Shown here: piece by piece, positions 38,671-50,896 of the stretch
How the letters are laid out: each line of letters opens with the position of its first letter
How positions within the stretch are numbered: position 1 is the stretch's first letter
Source: Dimorphilus gyrociliatus
Lineage: Eukaryota > Animalia > Annelida
Assembly (NCBI GenBank): GCA_904063045.1
Contig: CAJFCJ010000032.1
Span: 186,001-250,000 of the forward strand
Length of the DNA: 64,000 nucleotides
Direction of reading: 5' to 3'
Made by a program: the position numbers and the translations under genes
The notes under the pieces: generated by a model
Database searches by the model: none
The model's input: only the letters and a program-made list of their open reading frames with translations
Told to the model about the DNA's origin: nothing

Positions 38671-41600
38671 TCTGTTAAAACAGCATTCATCGAATGAAAA
38701 TTTAGTGGCCAAAGAGAGTAATGAAAGATAAAGTTGAAAAAAAGCTGGCCATCATTATGGGGAAATGAATTTTGCATACAAATTCATATAAGGGTACCTG
38801 CAACAGCTTGCAATTAGATGAGATTGTTATCTTAATTAACAATTGTTGTATAGCTGCCTTGTGATACAAATTATTAAAATTTATTTCCTATGATTCATAT
38901 ATAATTAACAAAGATGATTAGAATACAATTGCAAACAACTTTATTAAACAATTAATAAATTTCACTCTATTTAATTATATTTTTTTAATTCTTTGTCGTG
39001 ATTAATTAATGAATAATAACTAATTCGAATTATTATTATTTGTTACTTAAAAGCTTAGGAATAGCGAGAAAGAGTCTATTAAAATATTTTACCCAAGATA
39101 ATTCCTCTTTTAGAGTACAGATGGTGTTACTGTCGCCTTTTTTTTCCTAATTTATTCTAGGGTTTTAGGCTGAAGAGTTTAAAGTGTTTCTTATAGAAAA
39201 TCGAAAATATTTAAGTAATAAGGATCTAATTCAAGCTACTAAGTACTCAATTGCAAAAGCAAGGGAACGAAGAAGGGCAATATTAAATGAAAACAAAGAA
39301 GAAAGTGATATGGATAGGTAGAGAGATACCTATTTCACATACACCATATACTGTATATATTGACTGTAAATGAATAGGCTAACGAAGAGAAAGGGGGAAT
39401 GGTATAGAGAAAGCGAGACGAGAGAGAGAGAGAGAAAGAGAGATACAGTGAGAAGGCGAGAGATGGAGAGAGACAGAGATTGAGAATACAGATTGATAAA
39501 TAAAGAAAAAGGTAGTTATTCGCACGTGCACCTTTTCCGACGCAATCAAAGGGACAATTGTGGAGCAATAAAGATAAGACTACACAGTTTGTAAACGTTT
39601 TGAGTAGGATTCAAGAGCGGATAGTAAATCATCATGAATATTCAAAACAGAGTTAAGGAAGGAAAAAAAGTGCACCTGGCCCGTAATGTTGACCTTTCTA
39701 TATTTTTTGCTCTTCAGTACCTTTATTTAAACATTGGACTATAATGGCAAACACTTTCTGGTGCCGGTGGCCTATTAGGAATAGAATCGGAATCAAAAGG
39801 ATCAGATGGAGCCGACATTTGTTGACTGTCTGGATTTATGCGTTTTAAGATGCGGATATCGTGTGCCGTCGGTAAGGAATAAAGAAAGAGAAAAAAAGAG
39901 CAGAGAATGTTAGAAAGATGAAGAGAATAAGAGAGAGGCGTAAAGGTAAAGGCGGAGAGCTAACAACAGTGTTGAACTAAAGGCATTCCATAGGGAAAAA
40001 TGATTTTTTTATTAAATTTTAATTTTTATCTTTTATCGATATTTTCAATAGATTTTGTTTAATTAAGCGTGTCTTGATAATCCTTAATAGATCCTATCAT
40101 AGGATTATTATATCATCAATAGTTATGGTTAGGAAAAAACTATTATTGACAGTAAAGATTTGTCTAGAGTCGCACGATCCGTGCATCGGATGAAAATGAG
40201 CACTGTCAGCGGCGAATCGCCTTTCGGTCCTGTTGTCTGACCTGTCCCAGTTCTTTGTCTAGCTGACGTCAGTCGACGCCCGTGTCAACGTAAGTGTAAA
40301 CTTAAGGGGTTATGAATTTCTAGTACCTAATGTTTACATCTTCTAAACGCTTCATAGTATTTTGTATAGTGACGTTTCAATAGGGCGACGTATTCCTTCA
40401 CTGGGAACTTTTTTCCCCAGTTATTAGACGACGGCGTTCTTAGGAAATCTTCTTTTTTTCTAAGCGTTTTTTTTATGATGCGTCTCAAGTATGTTTACAT
40501 TTTTTTCAATCCTCTGCTTATAGCCGAGGAGAAAAAAGTGACGGTTTGCCAAAAATATAGAATAAAAACAGATAATCATACAATATTAGGGCTAATTATA
40601 CGTAGAAAAGATCCTAATGACAGCTGTGTAGAACTCATCTTACTTAAGAAGGCGACTTGTGAAGATAAAACTTGAAAAGGAGAGATAAATATTTCTTATC
40701 ACTTTACTCGGATACACATTAAACACATTTGCTACTCTTTAACCTATACTTTTTTCTATCAGCTCCTCAATTGTTTAAAGTAGAGATTAAACGGCGCCTA
40801 AGACAAGCGAGTTTCATTCATCATCTCACTTGTCCTTCTTAGCTGAACATTCTGTTTACAGAACGACTTGCTTCTTTCACCTCTCTTTGTGTCCAGTTTC
40901 CGTCATTGTTAATGTCCAGGAAACAATGAATGCTAAATGTTTGTTTGTTGGAAAACATGCGGCCTGCTGTTGAGTCGCGTGTCTGCGTGTATAGCTCACG
41001 TGCGCCTCTAGCGGACGATCTACAGGGGTTCGTTAAACGAATCGTCCCCTCTGGGGAATTAGCCATGATTTTCAAATCGCTTTTCCTATTTTCCTATTAG
41101 AATTAAAAGTAGTTTTGTTAATTAAAACAAAATTATGTATCTCTTCGGATAAATAGTTCTTTTTTGGGTAGAATCAGATAGCGTGCTGAGAACGGCCCTT
41201 CTATTATGATTTTGGCACGTCACGTCAATAAATGAGCATTGATTATCTTTTTTCAACTCGGAACACGCCCATAATAAGTTATACGCGATGTAACATGTAG
41301 CAATTATATAGTAAGGTTGTATACAACGACGTGCGCACACACACACACGCTCGCCTCCCCTCAGGAGGAGAAAAAAGAAAAGAGAAAAGAAGGACAAGAG
41401 CATTGTACCGGCTCTTCTAGTCAAATAGCATACACTCTTTACATAGAATCAACTTATTCAGATAATGCTCACGTTTTAAGAATTTTCCATTCGAATGTGG
41501 TTCAAGTTTATTTAGGTTATCTATTAAAATATTTCTGCTATCATTCTTCTTATAATAATAGGCCTTTCTCCACAGTAATCTCCATCTTCCAAAAATTTTC

Positions 41601-42763
41601 TAACCTACTGATGACAATACTCTTTCCATAGACATTCAGCTTGCACGCGCCTTAAATATAACCACTTACAACAATTCCATAACCCTCGAGGCATATCTGT
41701 TAAAGGGTCACGTGACACCTTATGTAACGTCGCGTGAATATATATTGAAGGGGTTGTTCCCTCCGATATGCGTGTTAAACAATTTTCATGCACGCGGCCG
41801 TCCTTCACTTCAAAGGGAGTCAGCTGAGTTCCGTACTCTTCTTTCGCGCAGTCAGGTACCTTTGCGATATTCTAGATGGTTTCCTTCCTTACGCAATTTT
41901 TGGAATGCGTCCGTGCATCACGTAACGGAAACTACGGTGATTATCGAGAGATTAGTGTCATATCCTACGTAAGATACTTGTAAACACATATATATTTATA
42001 TCGAGGGCCTATGATAAAAGAGCAAGAGAGAGAGAGAGTGAGAGGGAAAGTAAGAGAAAGGCCCAACATATGAAGATAGAGAAAGAAACTCTTCAATTTA
42101 AGATATATTTATATTATTTTTCCATTATAAATAAAAAAAATAGATAAGAAAAAAAATAGTCTATAGTCTCATTTGTTTTTATAACAAACACATAAAAACG
42201 ATAGCCATAAAAAAGAAAGACAAGAAGAAGACCCTCTTTTTACAAAATACTATATTTTTAAATGCTAAAAGAATATAAGAGAAAGAACATTTTGCGAATA
42301 AGATTCCGTTACAATGCGAGAGGAGAAGAGGAGAGGAGAAATCGTATATTAGCATGGGTTTTTGTTATTTCGTCAGGTTGTCCTCTTACTGATGACGCAG
42401 ACAGACTACTTAAGAGTACGCTTGGTCATTTACGGCAAATATTAAGTGTTGGAAGTCTAATAAGATTGGTTATATGCATTTGTACATTATATATATATAT
42501 CATGGTTTATATATTAAAAACATTTTTCCAATATAAACGTCAATTTTTTTTATTCTATTTCTTTACTTCTGTTTTGCTTTATTAGGATAGACAATCTTCT
42601 TCGAAGTTATATAAACCTATCTGTATTTAAAATACAATCAATCCACGTGTCTAGTACTCGACAAATGTTATCTCTCACAGATAAAAAAAATTCATGTATC
42701 TAAGTCAGTACCATTGATAAGGAGAGTAAGATAAGTTTATCGAGCTAGCTCCACCCGTAAAAT

Positions 42764-42826
42764 GGGCGGAGCTTATTGCTGGTGGCTAAATGTTGATTGG
42801 TCGAGCGTCTACACGCTTCTATAAAA
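42764..42826 (+). promoter_or_regulatory. Core promoter of the Ptf1a-like paralog: GC box, CCAAT box (ATTGG), TATA box
   Basis: GGGCGGAG at 42764-42771, ATTGG at 42796-42800 and TATAAAA at 42820-42826, about 40 nt before the ATG at 42864. Confidence 0.65.
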
Positions 42827-42863
42827 CTCTATTCGCGTGCATAGCACGCTCGTAAATCATAAA

Positions 42864-43822
42864 ATGGAGACCATAGATTTCTCTTTCACAGATAGTTTTT
42901 ACTGGGAAGATCCACTAAGTGTCGACTTTGGATGGAATTACGAAGAAAACTATATACCCTGCCAAGAATTAGAAAAGAAAGGAAGAAAACGTGTAAATCA
43001 ACGGCACGCGGCAAATTTACGAGAGAGGAAACGTATGAGAACGATTAATGACGCCTTTGAAGGACTTAGGGCGAGAGTTCCGGCCGCTGATAAAAAATTA
43101 TCGAAAGTCGATACCCTAAGGCTGGCAGTACGTTATATACAACATTTAGCAAATATAGTAGAAAGCTGTGGAGGTACGAATAATAAAAAACAGAAGAAGA
43201 CGGAAACGAATGGCAAAGTGATTTTAAGATGCTCTCAATATCAACAAGTTCAAGGTACTTTTAGTTTTTATTAGTCTTTTACTGAAAATTTCAAGACTGT
43301 TTGATGTCGAAACGAGCAGTTAATTCAGGCTACTTATAAATGTCACGCTATATTGATGAAATGCACCGATATATGAGAAATGACCATATTTCTCTTCCGA
43401 GGCCATTTTGGAGTAATTTTCACTTCAATATTTAAGATAAAATACTATGTAGGTCGGCGACACGTGAACTTGATTACTATTCAAATTTTTCACGCATTTC
43501 AAAGAAAGACAATTAGTTAGACATTGTAAAGAATAACGTTACTTTATATACAAAAGTAGGGTAGAGACGCTTCAGCACTAAAAAAAATCCATTAAGCGTC
43601 ACTTTGAAGGTGGTTGCAATTTTCAAAATCAACAAAGAATCAATTTCAGCAGGTGAATATCCACTATCATCCGTCTACGGACATTCTTTATCGTGGACGT
43701 CCGAAAAAGAGATTGAAGAAGATCATTTTAGTGAAAGGAAAAAATCTGCAACATTATGGATACCGGAACAATTATGCCCTGAAGAACAAGCCGAACTTTC
43801 TTCGCAATCCCTCCGCGCTTGA
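42864..43822 (+). CDS. Ptf1a-like bHLH transcription factor, divergent paralog (exons 42864-43254, 43653-43822)
   Basis: b[31 protein letters not shown]...[19 protein letters not shown], then KVILRC. Exon 2 carries [10 protein letters not shown] and ATLWIPE, the two PTF1a RBPJ/Su(H)-binding Trp motifs. Phase-1 intron. Confidence 0.9.
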
Positions 43823-45021
43823 ATGAATAGAGATCAACATTCAAGAAAATACAAAAACTCTCACATTTTGCTCAAAAAGAAAATCTGTGCTTTTTTGCCA
43901 ATTGTAAAGTATATTTAAATTGTTACGAATCTATTACCTTTTTTAACGAGCTATCAATTCTCGCATTTCCTTTAAGATGGTACGAAGTGTTATGTAATCA
44001 AATTACATAATAGTACTCTTAACCGTTGTAATTAGTCAGTCAGCGATATATTTTCCGGCTTTAGCTGGTTAGCTCTTTTCTAAATATAGTACGGCTGATT
44101 GATGAAACTCTTCACTTAGCCATTTATATTAAATAAATTATTTTTATTATTGAACATTTTGTCGTTTAAATGCATACACAAATAAACATATATACGGTAT
44201 ATAGAGAATATACAGTATTATTATTATATACCGTATATTTTTTCCATATCCTGCGTAATTCGTCTTTCTTTTGTCTTGTTCTCTTCTTTCTTAATGACTG
44301 AATGCTGTCTGAAAAAATACGTTATTTAAAGGTATTAAAGGGAAAACGTATAATAGGCGTACGCCCGAATTTAATTAGACAAACATGAATATTTTTTCAA
44401 TATACCCCTGGACAAAAGTTGACAAAACGTTGTTGATTTAATTGCCCATCGATTTCCGGCCCGATCAAGACGACCCTTTTAGAAGCAAAGAAAGAAAACG
44501 GTCGGCTCTCCTCGCCGTCTATTGTCCCTTCGTACCACCAACCGACAAAAGGAATGTAAATAAAATCTGTATGAAAAAATATGAAAGAGAGGACATGTAC
44601 AAAAAAAATCTGACAAGTTTTCTACCTGGAATACGTGGGGCTAGATAATTGAGAATGGTCAGTGACGCTTAATGTGACGCCGCTTTACCCTCGGGCGTCT
44701 ATTTGCTCGTCATGTCTTTATATAGTTTTCCAACGTTATATACGCTCAGTTGGGGGGAAGAGGAAGGAGGGAAGGGCTTCTTACCCGTTCTAACCACCGA
44801 CAACTTATGCCTTAACAAACATTTTTAGTTACAGACTCGTATGCAAATTAAAGAAAGAGTAAATAATGAATATTAATGAGCTTTCAATAAATTTATTTTT
44901 CTCAAATAGAAATCTATGAAAAAAAAAGAACGGAGCAGAAGGTAAGATAATTTTTAAACAATGATAAAAACAGTTATAATATGTTTGATAATTTCTATCA
45001 AAATAATTCATAAATATGGCA

Positions 45022-45059
<38 letters not shown>

Positions 45060-45424
45060 TAGGATTTAGTATTTACAAAGGAAAGGATAAATAATAAAAA
45101 CGTCATATAGTAGAGACGCTTAGGCATTCGATGCGAATTGTGAGAGAAACGCCAGGTGCTCTTTTTTATCGAGCGAACTGTACATACGAAGTGCAGTTTT
45201 TTTCCTATTCTCTTTAGTTGAGGTTATACGTTACGAAAACGAAAAAAAAATTTCGTGGTTTTGTAACCTCATTAATAGAAATAAACATGAAAACGAGATA
45301 AATCGACAAAATGTAACAAGATTAGAATACACTTAGTCATTTGGCGTTTTGATAAAAGTATAATGTATATTCATACTTATATAGTAAATATAGTAAATAG
45401 TAAATATATACATGTATACATATA

Positions 45425-45467
<43 letters not shown>

Positions 45468-48400
45468 AATATTTCTTTTTTTAATATACTATTTCTCTTT
45501 ACTCGGTTATCTCTTTCGAAATCCTCTTATAATCATATCGCTATATTAAACGTCTATTATCCGAAAGTATTGGGTGATAAGCTTCTAAGTCTTTTATAAA
45601 AAATGTTCACTTTATTAACTAAGAACAGACAGAGACGAAGGTGAAAAGAAGAGAGGAAAAAGGAAAAGGAAGTAGGATGCTATTACACGATGAAGATTCC
45701 TTAAAGCCTGTCAAACGCCACCGATATTGTTTTTATCTGATTGAATTAATAGATTATCTTAATACATCTATGTAGCTTATCTAAAGCTAACGGAAGCTGG
45801 GAGATCCTACACCTTTTAAGATAATCAAATTGATAGATGATACACATCGAAGCTTTTTTATACAAATATCCAAAATAAACGAGTAAGTATATAAATAGTG
45901 TTTTTATAGAATGTATACAATAATATATACTATTTGCAATATGAGTATATTACGTAACTTCAAACTACGCGGATATTCAATTCTTAATAACGGCTTTATC
46001 TATCCTCTTTAATATCCTTCATAATCAATAATAGAAAAAACGATTGGGAAAAAAAATAGGATTTCCATTAGCTCTATTCAGCCATAAAAAAACTGTTAGC
46101 TGGAATAGTCTCTATACCTTAATGGTAAACTCTATATTGTATAAGAAGATGAGGGAAAAAAGCGATATTTTTATTATTTATTTATATTTATTCAAGAGTC
46201 GAGGTGTAATTAAATTCGTTTGTTCAACTGATAATTAGCTTTATATGACAATAGAGACATCTTACCCTGATATCTCTCCAAGATAAGCTTTTATATAAAG
46301 CGATCGAATAACATGTAATGATTGCAATAGAAAACGATAAGAAGGAGGCGCATGTCCCTATCAGGTGCCGCATGTTACGTAACCCTTGCCCACGTGGGTG
46401 GTGCCCAACGCCCCGGTCCGTGTCACCTTACGCCACAGCAGTTTCTAATTGCGTCATTAAAAATAACCTGGAAAGATTTTACTGCAAGCGTGAAATTCAC
46501 ACTGTTTTTGAGAAAGCTAACCCTCCCACATCTTTTTAGTTCTTTTCTTCCGCTTCCTCACTACTCTTTCTCGTTCCATTATTATTCTTCGTTGAAATAC
46601 GCGCAGAGCAGCGGGAGGAGGATTTGAAGGACGCGAGCGATAAGAAACCGAATGAAGTAGATGGTAAATGAAGTATTAGCTAAGCATAAAAACGTCTCTT
46701 AACCACTTCATAGATAAAAGACAAGGAGCGGAAAGAACGGAGGCAAAGAAGAAAGTAAAGGTGAATAACAAGCGACTTATTATATAACACATACTCTGGC
46801 AATTAAAGGTCGATTGAGCAGGAAAAAATGTGTTCTCTTTTATTGATAGGACAGAACAAAAGTTAAATAAAAAAGAATATAGAATAAAAGAAAGAAACAG
46901 AATGGGCAGTTCATTAATTCTTTCTTTTATCATCTTCCTCATTTTCTTCGTCAAAATGTGAATGAACGTATAGAAAACTGAACAAAACGAAAGCACTCAG
47001 AATGTCCGTTAAAGAGTTGGTTACAAGACAACGATTCACTATACCTAAAAACCGGAATATGGAACTTGTTATTGATTCCTTCCGTCCGGTTCCGTTACCT
47101 TTTTCCGTTCGTTTCTTATCCTCTTTTCTTTTGTCAGGACCGTTCAAAGTTCTTAAAAGGTTAACTTCGCCACCCGCTAGATGGCTCGATCGAACGCTTC
47201 CGGGCGGAACGTAAGGGATCTTATTCGAAAATCGAATATGTCGCTCTTTGTTCTTCTTTTCCTCTGTTCTTTCAACGTTACCGTCACTGTCGGTCGACTG
47301 ATCTCGCATTGACGTTGGTGGTCGATTTCCCATAGAACAGTATTGCCTAGCAGAGCTACCAGTCACTAGTTATTGTATATTATATCTATATCCGTCTTAT
47401 TATTATTTATTAACATTAATTATTACTATAATTTCTTTAATGAATTAAAGCCATTAGGCCGATATTTAAAAGCTAAGGGCTGGGTTTTTAACAACATTAA
47501 CTAAAAATATCATTCAATACATTTCGGAGATATAAGCTAGCTGGTTTATAGGGCTAAGAAAAGACTTTGAATGTTCAGAAATTCTTATCTGTTGAGTGGG
47601 AAAAAAGAAAACAAAAGACGATGATGTACATGGGAAGAAAAGCAAATGGCAGATTGATTTTTACATATAAGGTATTACGAACATATCTAGCTGTTATTCT
47701 TTAATTAACCTTATAAAATAATAGATATATTGGTGTAATTCTAGGAATAATTGACAATTTTTTAGGTTCATAAATTAGGCGAATGGAGATAGATACTCAG
47801 ACTGGAAACTCTACCAGATGCTTGAAGGTAGATAATTCACAGAATCGGCTGATGTATAACAATTTCTATATTCGCAAGTTTGTTGTATTGATAGCCAACT
47901 GATTTCCCTATTAAATAAATTTACTTTAGTTTTTCCTTTCTTTCTTCTCTTTTTTCTTCTTCTTAGATTAATAGATTTTGTTGAGCTAATTTGAAGCGGA
48001 AATTCCGATATTTCCGGATAAAGATTCGTATATGTTAAAGTGTCTTCTTCCGAGTCAATTATTTTCCAACTGGCTGCCGACGTATTCTTCTCATTTAACT
48101 TTTCCAACATAATGAACTTTCAACGAGAGGAAGCAATATAGATATTAGCATTAGATTATCAATGTTGGCCGTCCTTTCTGTTATCAATTTTTGAATTGAT
48201 TTATGACGACATTAATGGGAAAAGGAGTTGGATTCGTTGAGTTTGAGTGAAGCGTCTAATCGATACAGGGCGTTTATGTTTGTCTTAGTACAAAAAAAAC
48301 TTCCAAAAATGAACGGGCCGAAGGCGCTTGGACTGAATAAAATGGCGGCGGGTCAACAGTAGAGATCAAAAGTAATCAATCAGTGGAAAAATAGCAAGAT

Positions 48401-49152
48401 AATTCCATACAACACGTGCCGAAAGGGAAACACTAGCGAGCACAGCCTTTGATAGAGGCGTTTGTCAATAATGCGTCTATGGCAAACGTTTTTGAGAGTT
48501 TGCTTAAATTTACCTACGTAAATATATTCGAAAGGGCTCAGGTGTACGATAAGTTTGTAGATAATAATTTTTTCATAAAGATAACCATTTCTTACAAAAC
48601 AGGGATATTTTTAACAGGAGAAATATTGCATATAACGTCTATGTATATATATATACTGTATATAAAAGGCCAAGTTCAATTATAGGTCATACGATTAAAT
48701 AACTAACTATTCGGTTATTGGCTTAAAAATTAAATAAATATAAGTGATTCTATAAGCTGAATATATATATAATGATTCGGAAAAAGAGTAAAATATGATC
48801 GCTATTCAAATACAAACGAATATTCGAAACAGTTTGCTTAAGTTTGCCTATACAAACACGATTTATTCAATACAATATTCTTAAATACGTGTATAGTATT
48901 AAGGCCCACTCTAAAATATACATGATATATGTATATATACTGTATATTTATATATAGTCTCCTCTAAAAAATAGATACCATGACTTATTCCTTTGTTTAT
49001 CATTTAAGGCAGTTAATGTATATTATAATTAAGATAACGTGACTAGAAAATAGTTGAAGTCGGTTTTTAAAAGAGATTTCGAAATGAGGTTATAAAGAGA
49101 TATGGTCATTTCTTAGTTTGTTCTTCAGTTTTTGCTGCTTTTCGCCTTTCAA

Positions 49153-50783
49153 TCACAAATCCAAAGTTGTATTTAAAAGCGATGAACACTCTGTAGATAC
49201 CGGCTTCATTCTTGGATCTTCAGGTGTCCATATTTTTGCAGTCATTGTGTTATTCGGACCCAAACTAGATTTCTTTTCGTCTGTCCACGATAATGAATGC
49301 CCGGTAAGGGGAGGATAACCGTAGTGTTGCTGATCCGAGTCGGGTACTGTTGAAGGATTATTGAAAATTAATTAGCCGTGTGTTGACGACGTGTCATTGG
49401 TCATGCGCCAATTGTGCTGCCAGTCAGCGTCATAGCCGGATTACAAACAAAAGTTTTGTTTGTTATCGTTAATGAGAAATTGATGAATATTATTTGATAA
49501 CGCATGACTGCTGACTAAGTGGTCTTTATAATTTAATTGGCCATTTAAAATCAACTTAGGAAAACAACATATTTAGAATTATTCTTAAAATTTATTCAAA
49601 GCGCTCATCCTATTCATATCGTTATAGGCTTTATTACACTTAATGCAAATATATCTCATTAATTATTTATTACTTATGCTTGTAATTTATTTCTCTTCTT
49701 CTAGAATGAAAGCATAAATCAACAAAAACAACAACATCAACAATTACGCCCCCTAGCATAGTCGATTTTTCTCTATTTACAGATAAGCTTTGGGCGATGA
49801 ATCCGTCGTATTATGTAATAATTTAAGAAGAGCTCTCTTATCCTTTTTACTATGTGTACTCTGAATTTCCTTTCGGTAATTATATTCAGCACGCGAATTC
49901 ATTGTTAATCGAAGATTACTCTACATTTACCTTACAAACAGCCATACAATTATATACGTTCGCCAAGTAATTACACACGTTCACTACACTAACCCGAACG
50001 GAATGTATAGTAAAAATTGATACAATTTCTCCGAAGAAATACCAAGTTTCTTATGCCATCATATCAAATAAGAACAATACTTTTTAACTATATAACCAAA
50101 GATTTAATAAAAACATAATTAAATTAGGGTTGGTTGCACACACATACCCATTTATAAAACTCCTCTTCTACATATTAGAGGGTCGAACTTACTGAACCGA
50201 GAAATGATCAAAGCATTGGGGGGAAAGAAGAAGATAAGATAACTTTTAATATTTTATTAATTAAGTTAAATATTTGAGTGATAAGGATAAAATTTACCTG
50301 AATAAATAAGATCTACTTACTTTTGTTATTTCATAAATGATACAAATTAAAATTTCTAAATTGTTAGGAAAACTAATGGGGAAATGACAAGGGAGCGCAA
50401 GAAATAAAGAAAACAATAAGAAAGAGAAAGAGTGCAGGGAGGGGATTGAAGGTTTTACCTGAATGACAGTGGATTATAACCTTCCTTGGCTGCTCGGCAA
50501 CTCTAACAGCTTCAGGGGAAGTTTCATCAGATTGTATAAGTTCGGATAAGAAGGAAATGTATCCAATGGCCAAACGTAACGTATCAACCTTTGACAATCT
50601 TTTTTCATAAGGTAAAGTAGGAATCCTGGCCCTGAGACCTTCGAATGCTTCGTTTATACTTTGCATTCGTTTTCGTTCCCTCATATTAGCTGCTTGACGT
50701 TGATGTTGCTGCTGTTGAACGCCCTTCCGTTTCCGGCGTCTTTTTTCTTCACTAAATTCACCGTTTGTTAGGAAATCGCGCAT
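49153..50783 (-). CDS. PTF1A: Pancreas transcription factor 1a, canonical copy (exons 50783-50459, 49346-49153)
   Basis: [52 protein letters not shown], then KVIIHCH. Exon 2, read by hand on the minus strand, has [10 protein letters not shown] and [10 protein letters not shown]. Phase-1 intron. Confidence 0.96.
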
Positions 50784-50858
50784 ATTTTCAGTGATGAAAA
50801 GAAGCCGGAAGAGTTTGATTTGCGCAGCAAACGTTCTTTGCTGCCAATACTTTTCCTG

Positions 50859-50896
50859 TTAAATAAGCGCCACGTGCGCGAGCGCCGTTAGCCAAT
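50859..50896 (-). promoter_or_regulatory. PTF1A core promoter: CCAAT box, CACGTG E-box, TATA-like TATTTAA
   Basis: ATTGG on the minus strand at 50896-50892, CACGTG at 50871-50876, TATTTAA on the minus strand at 50865-50859. Confidence 0.5.

Noticed and set aside
47811-48110. 99-aa ORF with a polybasic RRRKKRRKK stretch
   Set aside because: The basic run comes from a CT-rich low-complexity tract; I found no domain and no phase-consistent link to neighbouring segments.
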